NCBI GenBank assembly: GCA_030264375.1
Contig: JASCQW010000081.1
Location: forward strand, 92,542,854 to 92,606,853
Reading direction: 5' to 3'
Length of the DNA: 64,000 bases
Source: Carcharhinus longimanus
Taxonomy: Eukaryota
Part shown: in pieces, positions 1 through 12,000 of the stretch
How the letters are laid out: every line of letters starts with the position of its first letter
Position numbering within the stretch: the first letter of the stretch is position 1
The notes under the pieces: model-generated
Databases searched by the model: none
What the model was told of the DNA's origin: nothing
The model's input: only the letters and a program-made list of their open reading frames with translations
Translations under genes and position numbers: made by a program

Positions 1-20
1 GGGGGGATTCTTCATCTTAC

Positions 21-44
21 CATCACTTTCTCTTCTTGTCCCGT
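21..44 (-). CDS. 24-nt microexon (DGTRRESD) in tandem-duplicated cassette
   Basis: ttttttttctcag|ACGGGACAAGAAGAGAAAGTGATG|gtaaga. Confidence 0.72.
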
Positions 45-3000
45 CTGAGAAAAAAAACAAACATTTTCCATTTTTTTCAGACACGTGGCAGAAATACCGC
101 ACCACATATTCTGCATACAGAGACTGAAGGACCCAAAACCTGATTGGCTTGTTCGAAAGGCAGCGGATGATTTTATTCCAAGGTGTTTGCGTTTAAACAA
201 TAATAAAATTAACTTTCCCCCGAGGTTATATACGTTCCAGACAGCAGACAATTTATTTATGACTGATGATTTGCGAATTCCGAAGGTTGCTTCGCCAAGC
301 CGGCATCAATTAAAAACAGTAACTTTGACATTTAATTATATATTAGCGTAAACAAAGAAATAAACAACAACAAATCGGCGCATGGAATAGTTTGTCACCA
401 GACAAAATTAAAGAGACAACCGAATTGTTTGGATATTTCGACAGCATTTACGCATGAACAACATTACTCTGCATTTGCGACGCAAATCCAGGCCAGATTC
501 AACCAGATTGCCATATATCCACCCCCTCACCCCGCTCCCCAGAATGGCATAAATGTGTTTTTACAAAAACAACGCACATTTCAAGATCACTTTCACCGGT
601 TTTATAAGCTGAGTTCAAATCCGACTGTCCGATTATTAGCCCAGGCCTCACACCAATGACATACCACTGGGTCATAGCCTGCCCTGAGCTTGCGAGACCT
701 AGGTATTAATTCTCATACGACTAAAACTATAGCAGAAAATCGTAAAAACGGTGATTAATTCCCCTTTACATGTAACAAGTTTCGGTCACATGCCAGAATT
801 TGAATGTGTCAGCCATTGCCAAGGGGCGGGGGGGGGGGGGGTACGGGGGTGGGGGGGAGTCTTCCTCTTAACATCAGTTCCTTNNNNNNNNNNNNNNNNN
901 NNNNNNNNNNNNNNNNNNNNNNNNNNNNNNNNNNNNNNNNNNNNNNNNNNNNNNNNNNNNNNNNNNNNNNNNNNNNNNNNNNNGGGGGGGGGGGGGAGTC
1001 TTCCTCTTACCATCAGTTCCTTCCGTTGCCACACCGGAGAGAAAGTAAACATTTTAAAATTACATTTTTTAAACATGTGGCAGACAAATCACACCATAAG
1101 TTCTGCACACCGAATTGAAAGGTCTAAAAGCTGATTTGGATATTTGAATGTAGGCGGATGATTTTGTCACAGGGGATTTCCGTTTAATCATGAGCTAATT
1201 TAACTTTCTCCCGAGGTTGCATACGTTCTAGAAAGTGGACAATTTATTTATGCCTGATTATATTCGAATTCTGAAAGCGGTTTCGCCCAGCCGGGATCAA
1301 TTAAAACAAATAACTTTGACATTTCATTTTACATAAGCGTAAACAAAGAAGTGAACAATAACAAATCAAAGCACGAACTTGCTTGGCGCCAAATATAATT
1401 GAAGTTAATAGAGTAGAATCGGGAATGATATATGGGCGCCACTGGCCCGCAATATTTTACAGCTTCACATGAAAGGACAAAATGCCTGACAGTATGAAGC
1501 TTCACTGGTATTCAACGATGCATGTCGCACAATCATAATAGCAAGCGGAATGAAATTTTGTCCAGTGAGCTGCCCTGTAACAGTGAAATCCCCATAAAAC
1601 TCTCATTGCGAGTAATTAGCAACATGATATATAGCATAGATGGACTCGCCACAAATTTATACATGGATGTTCCTTGTAAGATTANNNNNNNNNNNNNNNN
1701 NNNNNNNNNNNNNNNNNNNNNNNATCTATATTCCAACTTTAAATCCATGCTCTTGTTCAGAAGTGGCAAGCAACTGTTTTTGTACCGTTTCACACATCAT
1801 TCGGAAGTTGCCATGTCGTGTGCTCTAATTACCTAACATTATGACTCCCACCTGTTTGCAGGTGAAAAGCCGTGAAATTTAAGGAAAATGGGTATAATTC
1901 TTGTAATAACGATGTCTGCTGTTTTAAGCATTTGAATGGGTGTTTTAATACACTGAGCTCTTCCGGAACTACTTTTGCCTCAGTAAGGTCACAGGAAGAT
2001 TTAGTGATGTTGCGGCCTTGATATTGGCGAATGTCCACTCGCTGGCGCAATTCTGTATCAAAAGTGGATGCAATGTGTGCCATTAAAACATGCAATAAAT
2101 TCACTTGCCTAATAGCATTTCGAAACCCGTACCTGCGACCCAATATCAGTCCTCGTACGTAAACTACAAAAGATACAACGACCGCTCCCAGAGAGAAAAA
2201 AAATATGTCCTGGAAGTGCAGCATTATTCCTTCAACATCACTTGACGATATTTGGAAATCCATGTGCAAGTGGTATGTGTGTAGCTTCCACGACCAATTG
2301 TAGCATTTCATCATACAGGTTTTTTTCCTTTGCGGGGGAGGGAATGTTTCCTCACCGGTGAGGCCTGCCCATTTTGCTCATCCAAAATTTTCGTCGAACA
2401 GATGGTCTTAAGGTTGCATTCCACGTAAGGTAGGAATTCGCACAGTTGCGTTCGGGAGGCAATTCTAGGATTTGTACCTAGTGATAGTGTGAGAATGGCG
2501 ATATATTTCAAATACGAAATTGCATGTGTCTCGGAGCCTATTTGACTTGATTTCGTAGCAGTTAGATACAACGGAGTTGTTTGGATATTTAGACAGCATT
2601 TTAGCGTCAAACGCATTACTCTGCATCTGGCGCGCAGGTCTAGGCCAGACTAAACAAGCATGGTATAAGTACACCTTAGAATGGCATTAACGTGTGATGT
2701 GTGCGTTTTACTGCAATTAACATATACTTCACTACCACTTTCACGGGATTTGTAAACTGCATTCAAATCCAACTGTGAAACTTGGAAGCGTTGCCTCCGA
2801 ATATTAATCCAGACATGACTATTCCAAAGACATTGCAACTGGGCCGTGGCGTCCACTTATTTTGCGAGCCTCCAGTCTGTGGTTTTAATGCGATTAAAAC
2901 TATAGACGAAAATATCGTAAACGTGGTGAACAAATCCCTTTTCTATGCAATAACTTTCAGTCAACTGCCAGAATTTGAATATACTAACCATTGCCAAGGG

Positions 3001-6000
3001 TGAAAAATGTTCGTCTTACCATCAGTATCTCCTGCTGATTCGGCTGGGAAAACGGGTGAACATTTTCAAATTACATTTTTGAGACACCTGACAGAAATAC
3101 CGCAAAACTGACAGCCCTAAAAACTGATTAGCATATTCGAATGGTCGTAAATGATTTTATAACCAGGAATTTGCGATTCGCAAGAATTAATTTGTCTTTA
3201 CTCCTAGATCATACACGTTGCTGAAAGCATGCAGTTTAGTTATGACTGATTATTTGCGAATCCTGAAGGTTTTCTCCTCAATCCGGAATCGATTCAATAC
3301 AATGATGTCTGGCAATTCATTGTCTTTTAGCACAAATGAAGAAGTGAACAGCAAGAAATGAGCTAGCGTCAAACAAAATTTAAGTTAATAGAAAAACAAA
3401 TTGGGAGAGCTACGAGAGCTAACTGCCCGAAATCATTTACAGTTTAACAAAAAAAATGACAAAATGATGAAAATATAAAGCTTCTCTGTCATTCGGCAGT
3501 GCACGAGGCTTAATCATAATAGCAAGCAGAATTAGATGCTTTTTTCTGCTGAATTGTTGCGTTAACAGTAAAACCCCAGAACATCACATTGTGACTGATT
3601 AGAAACATGCTGAGATCGGCACATAGGAAATGCAGATATGGATATTCCTTGTCAGGTCGAAGCATATAAAAGTCAGTCATGCTTCTTGCCCCATTCGTAG
3701 TCGAAATTCCAAACTAAAATGCATGGAGTTATTCAGATGTGGCGGGAAATTGTCTTCATATTGTCACACTCCTCATTTGTGGATTCACATAGATTGTGGT
3801 TTGGTTATTTGTGATTATGGCTCTCAACTTTTCGCAAATAAGTATCATTCTTGAATTAATGATGCCTGCCGCTGTAGGCATTTTAATGGACGGTTCAACA
3901 GACTTAGCTCTTCCAGAACTACCTTTGTCTCAGCAAAATCAGAGGAAGAGTCCCTGATTTGCAGACTTAATAGTGGCGAACGAATTTGCGTCCCATATTG
4001 TGAGACCTAAATATATGCCACTCAGTGGTTCAATTGTGAATAAAACATGGCAGTGTGTACAATTAAAACATGAAATAATTAACTTGCCAAGTATCCTTTA
4101 AAATATGTCGAAACCCCTACTTGCTATCCAAGTGCAATCTGCACGGGAAGTACGCTCGATATAAACAACGCGACAAGAGTAAAGCCACGGATGTACAAAA
4201 AAAAGCACAGCACCACAAATTCTGCAAACTGAGTTTGAAAGGACAACAAACTGGTTTGCATATTCGATTGGTAGTGGATGATTTTATCAGCGGGGATTTC
4301 CGTTTAATAATAAATTAAATTTCCGTTACGCCTAGGTTATATTCATTCCAGAAAACATACAATTTATTTATGACGGATAATTTGCCAATTCTGGATGTAG
4401 TTTCTCCCAGCCGGGATCAACTCAAAACATCACCTGTTTCATTTCATTGTCTATTATCGTTAATCAAAAAGTGAACAACAACAAATTGCGATTGAACTGT
4501 CTTCGCACCACTAAAAATGATATCATTTTTAAAAAAAGGCAGTGATACACGAGAGCCAACTGGTCCACAATGTTTTACCGTTCATCATGAAATGCTAAAA
4601 TAACTGAAACTATGAAGTTGTTTTTTTCTGGCATTCAGCGGTTCATGAGCGACAGTCATATCAGCAAGCACAATGTCATTTTGTCCGGTGAATTTCTGTG
4701 CAACAGTAAAATCCCAGAACACTCTCATTGTGACTAATTAGAAACATGCTGAGATAGAGACATGGGAAATTCATCTATCGATGTTTCTTGTAAGATCAGA
4801 GCGAATAAAAGTAAGAAATGCTCCATGCCCATTCCATGTATGAAATTCCAAATTTAAATGCATGACCTTTCTCAGAAGTATTAAGTGGCAGGCAATTGTT
4901 TTTATATTGTTGCATTCTTCACTCGGAGGTTGGCATGGATTTTGGATTAATTTCTGATTAGGACTCCCACGTGTTTGCAGGTAACACACACGCAATTTGT
5001 ATGCAAATAGATATAATTCTTGAATTAATGCTGCCTGACGCTGCGAGTATTTGAATGGACTGTTCAATACATATAGCTCTTCCGGAATTACTTTTGCCTC
5101 AGCGAAGTTACAGGACGATTCCCTGCTGTGCGGTCTTAATAGTGGCGAGCATTTGGACACGTAAACATGCGTCACTCACTGCCTTAGTTGTATGTAAATC
5201 GGGGCTGCAGAGTGTACCATTAAAACGCGCAATAGCTTAACATGCCAAGTGTTCTTTGTAACATCTCGAAGCTCATAGCTGCGATCCATGATCAGTCATT
5301 ACAATGGACGCACACGAGATACAGCCGCCGCTAGGAGAGAGAAAACAAATTGTGGAGTGGAATTACAGCATCGTTCCTTCAACGTCAGCCCGTGAAAATT
5401 TGGAAATCTCTACGCAAGAGCAACGTCTGTAGCTTCCACGGTCAACTGCAACAGTTCACCAGACATGGTCAAGCACCGTCTAAAAGGTGACTACGAACTG
5501 CTGTCCACAACAGAAGAATAGGTAATTAACGTAAATAAAGGAAACCGAAAATAAATTAGGCCTACACGTGCTTGTTGTCGAACCATGCAATTGTTTCTTT
5601 AAATCTGTAAAAAAAAAATCGTGATAAATTCTATACGCTGAGTGGTTTAGGACAGCATTTCACAACGATTGCACAGAATTAAATATTTATTTAAAAACCC
5701 TTGGCCGTGCAGAAAGATTGACTGATAACTGTTTCTTTGATTTGAGAATGCAGGTTTCCAGGTTAAACAATGATCATCGTCTTTGCATAAATGTATATGA
5801 ATTCACATTATATTGTTTGATTCCGTAGCGTCAAAGTTTTTGATCCGTTTGCTCGAAGTTTGTCTGGGGAGGATTTTAATCGTTTGTTGTCATTTGTAGC
5901 ACCTCAAATTTAGTTCGGCTTCTGCCAATGGAACTCGATATCAAAAATGGTTTCCATCTTTTGCCACCTATAATTACAAGTCTTGATGACGTAATTTTCA

Positions 6001-9000
6001 TATATTAGGAGATCGTGATTTAGATTCGGGTAGTCATCATGACACATATGCCGGACATTCGGAACCTCGGGCCCATGTTGACTCCATTATGGAGAATCCA
6101 TTTAGGCTGAGTGCCCCGCCCGTCCTCAATAATGGGCATTTATTTTCCTCAAGTGGACATTCCATTCTTACTTTGAAATCACGACTTTTCTCCACACCTC
6201 GTCCACTCTCAGGCAGCAAATTTTAAGCTCCCTTCAACAAATCTTGCCTCAGCAACCATATTTTCTCCTTGTTCGTGTACGATCAGGAAAGTTAGCACTT
6301 CCGTTTTTGCCATAACTAAACACGACGGAAAGGGTGACACTCCATCAAATGCCCCCATTATCTTTCCTACTAGCAAAATAATATTAATATTTTTTGTCAT
6401 TGAAATTATATACCTAAAATCATTGTGTCCAGCATATGTCATTTGCATGGTCTCATTTCCAAAGTCTGCTGACCACAACTGATCACATTAATTTAGTTTT
6501 GGCATAATCAGAGATTTATAAATATTCAGTATAAACTCGCATGAAGTCGTTTTTGTTTCCCCTCGTCAATCCATCAACATGTCCCGTCATATTCAAACAT
6601 TTATTCATACTCCCACCTTTTCATGGGAAACACCAATGTCTACCATTCTCCAGTCACAAAAGTGCATTTACCGTAAGTCAATGTTTCATCGCCTTAAACC
6701 ATTTTTAAAAATCGAATCAAACAATGGCGCTCATTTCTCATAAACTTTCAGCTTTTGTCAATAATTTTATGTGGCAATTTCTAAATAAAGCTACGTATAC
6801 GACATCCATGGCATTAACTTCACCCGCTAACTCTGTTGCTTTACCAAACATATTCAATCAAATTTATCTACCAGGATCTGTCATTACTAATTAGCGTCAG
6901 CTTTCACTCGCTCAAAACTTTCCACGTCTCTCTCAAACTTTATATAAATATTATTCACGAAGGTTTACCAATCACTGAAGTTAAATTGATTGGCTTGCCA
7001 TTACAGGGAACATCCGCACACTCCTTCTTGATTTTCCACTCTCCTTCCTTTACCATTAACTCTGTATGAAGGAAGGTAGTAAGATTGCAGAAAGAAATTC
7101 CGTTAACTGTTTCTCTCCCTAATTCTTCTTACCACCCCTCCCTCCCCCGACCATTTGGAACATTGCTGATTCCAGCTGGTCACGATCAGACGGCGAAGCC
7201 ATACTAAGCTTTGCCAGCGTTTTTAGCAGATTCTGTGGATTATTTTTTCACAATATCGACTACCTCGCGATGTCAGTAGCTTGTCAATATACTTTTCATT
7301 AGCATATGATATAATTCAGTTATTTAACGTTGCAACCACGACCTGCATCTCTAGGTGTTTGACTCATTGGTCCCAATTGATCAACCCCACTGCTACCGAG
7401 CTGTTGATGATTAATTTTTTTTAAGAGATTCGGATTTATCTTTATATTTCTTTGCCATAAATTTCTCGCTTTCTCCCTTTGCCTGTTTCATTTTTCATCT
7501 TCAATTCAACTGTCAAGGATTTGTATTCAGACTGGAAATGTCTTAACAAATTCATGTGGCATAACATTATATAGCGTCATAACTGTGTTTTTTTTTTAAA
7601 GAACTTCACAATCCCAAGTAGCCTTGACTTTGACACACTTTTCCCTTGTTCTTGTGATACTGCACCTATGTGTATGAAAAGTCGCCTGTACAAAGTTTTT
7701 CTATTGTTGCTATCTTTTCTGCCAATCTTTTCCCCACTTTACCTTAGCTGTATCACTTTCACTCAAAAGACGTTTCCGCTATTCCAATTAGATAGTTTAC
7801 CTCAGAAGGTTACTTGATATTCTTCATCCTTTACACGCCATTAAACTATAATCACAGGCACCCAAGTGTTCCCCATTGTAAATTCGTTCATTTAGCCGAC
7901 TTTAATCCCCAGCGGCTTATCCAGCAGAACCTCTTCAAGCGTTGGACCGAGAAAATACTCGTAAAGGAATTTCTGCGAAGTAGATTTTGAAATCCCTCCA
8001 ATCCCTATGCTTTAAGCACACCAGCTCAAAATTCTGGTATGGTCAGAAACCCGCATATTAATACTTCATGGCTCTCAATCATCTCTTTGATTTGACTGCA
8101 TATTTACACGCCCATCTGCCGGCAAGGCCTGAGGGCAATATGATAAATAATCCATCTATGGGCGTATTGCACAAGATTTTGTTCTTCCCGGAGACATATG
8201 CATTCCCAGCTCCCCCACGATATAGTGGCGCCATTTTAATTTCTGTTGGTGCCTTCATGGTTGCAGGTATTTTGTACTTCCTACATTCAGTGCACCACTA
8301 GAAACAGGGGTAGCAGCAGATCACATATGCTTTCCTTTCTCTGCAAATTTTGGATTCGCTTGAGGCAGATGTGTTTTGGACAGGTCCAGTCCTATATAGT
8401 TCCGACCTACCTCTGAAAATAAAACCTTCTAGTTCTGCAGTTGTGTCTGCAGGCGAGTGATATGTAAAATTGTGCAAGAAATCACAGAGGAAACGCATAA
8501 CAACCAAATGATTACGAACATATGGGATCAACTCGCACGCAGAATCATAGAATCAGAGAAACCCTGCATTGCAGAATGGTTGGAGCAAAGGGCATAGATG
8601 ATTTAAAAATGAAACAGGAGAAGCACCTGTGGTAATTGGGAATCCAATGTTTCGGCGACGCACGTGCCAAGCAAGTTGAAAGGATTTTCTTTTTGGCCAG
8701 AATAGTCTATTTTGGCGCCACAAAAATCTATGTAAGCACTTCTTAAAGTAAGTCAATCATATGTTAAAAAATGAATACTGTGGCCTTCCTCAATCCCACT
8801 GACAGCCGCCGCCCCTTTAAGCCAAAATTTCAGCCATTAGTTCCTTCAGACTCCTTTGCGCTGGTCCACTGGTTCCAGAACTCGACACTTACCTGCCATT
8901 ATCGAACGATATTTGACTTCGTGCCTACTCCAATAAGTTACCCTAGCGACAGCAGCTTCTACTTCTCAACTGCGCTTTATTATTGCTTTCGGCTTCTCTT

Positions 9001-12000
9001 CCTTCACTGCCTCACGCATGCTCTCTCTTTTATGCATTCGTTTCCCGATATCTCTGGCAAATATTAAAATGCGAATTCAGTTCAGTATTTTTTTCGGACA
9101 TGCGCTTGATCAAAATACACCTGCGTTTGTATGGCTGCGGCTATGTTGAAGAGAAAACAAAACAACATAATTAATTGTGGCCTGTTTGTTCTTCATCGAC
9201 CACAGAGTTTGCGACAGCGCAGCAAACTAAATTTTATTAACATCAATCGTACGTAGTTTCATACAACAGTTTGATTAATTGAAAACGACAAAAAAAGGAA
9301 AAAATAAAGTGAGAAACTATTGCAAAAAGCCTCTATTCTCGTAGCCCCCTGCTGGGCGTCTTAACTTCCCAATTTTGATCCTTACCGCCCCCTGTTTCTC
9401 CCTTTCTCTCCCTTTGCGTGTATGTTTGTGCGCGCGCGTGTGTGTGTCTTTGTGTGTTTATGTCATTATGTCTGTGCGACTGTGTATGTGCCTGTGTTGA
9501 TGAATATCCAAACACGCTTAGGGCACTGGTTGGGGTGATTGGTTAAGTGGGTTAGGAGTCCCAAGGCCGTCCAACGCTGAGTCCCATTATATGACGGGCG
9601 ATCTGCAGCGCGCGGAAATCAGCTGCCTAAAATGACATAAAATGTTCGACTTTTCAAAACCGATTGTCCCCATTGATATGCTGCCCATTTGGTAACGTGC
9701 CTGGTGTGCTTTCTGCAACCCTCCAAAACCCTGCCCACTCTACGCGCGCGTCCCGAAACCAGACTAACCCAGAGCAAAATGTCAAAAACGGCATAACAGG
9801 ACACAAGGAATCACATCAATCCAAAGTAGGACAATTAAAATAATATACTGCCTGTTCATGTATATACACATTTCTGAATAGCCTACCTGAGAGTTCCTTT
9901 AACTTTCGAACTGTTGGAAAAAGAAAATAAAGCAATGCTAAGCGTCAAGAAAGCTATTTCTCGGATCGAATTATTTTCCCGTGTCACATGTACGATATTA
10001 TTTATTCTAGAATAGAAAAAAAAGTATGTTTTTCTTCAGCGTTATCAAATAATAATATACAAGATATAAATCTATATAAATATAACATGAATCGCAGTAA
10101 TATATGCTCGTACTGATTGGTCCAATAGTTAGGACATCATTTGCTTAGACATAATTCGAAAAAGGGAACGTTCGTGCATCTGATCGGCCATTGCCCTTTC
10201 AGACAGGGCAAAAATTCAGATGGGTAGTGTTTGATCACCTATTTATGTGCAAATCTCAGTCTGATTGTCAGTTCCGATTTGAGTAAATGTGGAAGAGATG
10301 AGTGCCATTTCCGGCTTATAAATTAATTGGTTATGAATCCTGAAGTAAATATTGCACTGATCAATGTTTTATTGTTGCCCTTCCTTATGGGGCGCAACAG
10401 AACACATAAAGTGAAAATGAAAATCAAAGAATATTACTGACTGTATTGCTCACCGTCTGACCGGCGGAGTCAGAGAGAATCTGAGACTTTCCTTAAGAGT
10501 GGGAGGCTGCACAGAACGCACGTGACATGACACTGTGCTGCGTGATAACTTTTCTTGCGGTGTGGAGATTGAATATTTTGGACGTGTAACTGACGTAATC
10601 AATTCTTTACGCAAGTGTGACCTTCCAACAAAATATCTCTCAGCCGAAATGCAGAGCACACCGTTAAATAACGAATTAATTTGGGTTCGGGTACACTTGA
10701 GTGCACTGGGTGGTTTGGGTAACTATCTTTCAATCTCTAGGTTACTTATGACCCCGCTGTTACCGTTCTCTAATATCGTGCAGGCGGCACAGAATTAGTG
10801 GAGGCAACGAACTCAACTTATGATTTAAAAACAAAACAATGGTAGATTTTCATTTTATTCCAGAGTGTTGGGCTCATAAAAAATACTTTTCGAGGCAGGA
10901 GAGACACAGTCAGACGCATGGTGCCAATCGTTAAAATATATCTGCCCTTAAATCCTTGGCTAATGACATATTCAAGCAAGTTGAACACTGCTTCCGATTT
11001 CCACTTGGAAATATTAAAATTGAATATCCCACCAATTTGGCAGAAGAATTAGCAGCTGGTCAGTTTGATTGCAGGTTGCTACAGTGCGGAATTGTAATAT
11101 GTTGCTAAATTTCCAAAAGAAGGAAAAAAACTAGTTTCATACCCAGCGATTTCTATGCAATTGTTTCACGGGATCTTAGAATCGTTACATTTCAGTGGCA
11201 GTCGTACGCAGTTTTAAAGTTTTGCTGCTTCGCGGAAAGAGCATTCTGTCTCTTCATAACACAAGAACACATGAAGAAGAAACAGCGGTAGGCCACCAGA
11301 CACTTTAAGCAGGTGCAGCCATTAAATACTCATTGCGAATCTATGCTGGCCTTCATACCTTTTCTTCGGCATTTCCACATAGTCCTCTACTCTTATCTAC
11401 CACACCCTTTCAGGTAATTTATTTTCAGAGAGCAAACAGTTCCATTTCAAGTTGGATTGAACATGTCTTCTCCACATCTTGCTGAAATTCGTTCCAGTCT
11501 GTAATAAATCTTTAGGTGAAGACACTTCCATACGCCACCTTTGACACTCACTTGTATATTGATGTGCTCTTGAGAGCGATTTTTTTAACTATTTGCCTTG
11601 ACATCGTGAACTGTCCTCTGCCCTTAAATAAAGAGTCACAAAACCTACCTGAATTCCATATTACATTGTGCAATGTTTTCTGCCCATGTATCATTTCATT
11701 TTCTTGGAGGGATCTCAAAACACGCTAAGTGAAATCGATGAGAAGCTAACTGTAACTTGGAATTATACAGCACCGTGTGCACTGTGCAGAGTCCATCAAT
11801 GATCACTGTAGATAATTGATTATCAGATAATATATATATGTACATATATTTATATTATATATATATGCATTTGTCAAATAACTCCCTCTGGCTCGGTTTG
11901 CAGACGCATGTTATAGATTTGGGAGTGGGGTTACTCATTAAATCCCACATGCNNNNNNNNNNNNNNNNNNNNNNNNNNTTCTCTGACAATCAAAAATTGC

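Larger units (their letters stand above)
1..5450. repeat. Degenerate tandem segmental duplication (blocks X, Y, Z; 3-4 copies)
   Basis: X: ~1-420, 990-1400, 3005-3390, 4210-4520. Y: ~420-825, 2570-3000. Z: ~1400-2300, 3390-4140, 4520-5450. Shared motifs such as tgccagaatttgaat, ctcttcc(g/a)gaa and caatttatttatgac recur; ORFs 1829-2314 and 4771-5175 share EAKV(V/I)PEEL. Boundaries approximate. Confidence 0.85.

Noticed and set aside
848-1023. Near-identical sequence on both sides of a 100-N gap (also at 61083-61136 and 61241-61293)
   Set aside because: Typical unmerged contig overlap in a scaffold, not a biological duplication.
2350-2363. Perfect 14-bp palindrome cctcaccggtgagg
   Set aside because: A single short palindrome is plausible by chance in 64 kb; no further structure.
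1829-5175. ORFs 1829-2314 and 4771-5175 with similar peptides, first suspected to be a glycosyltransferase-like gene family
   Set aside because: No recognisable motif, and the frames are not kept between copies; the similarity is explained by duplicated intronic DNA.
8893-9053. 161-nt minus-strand exon-like segment with a strong CAG|gtaagt donor
   Set aside because: Stops in all three frames; it may be a UTR or terminal exon but cannot be supported as coding.
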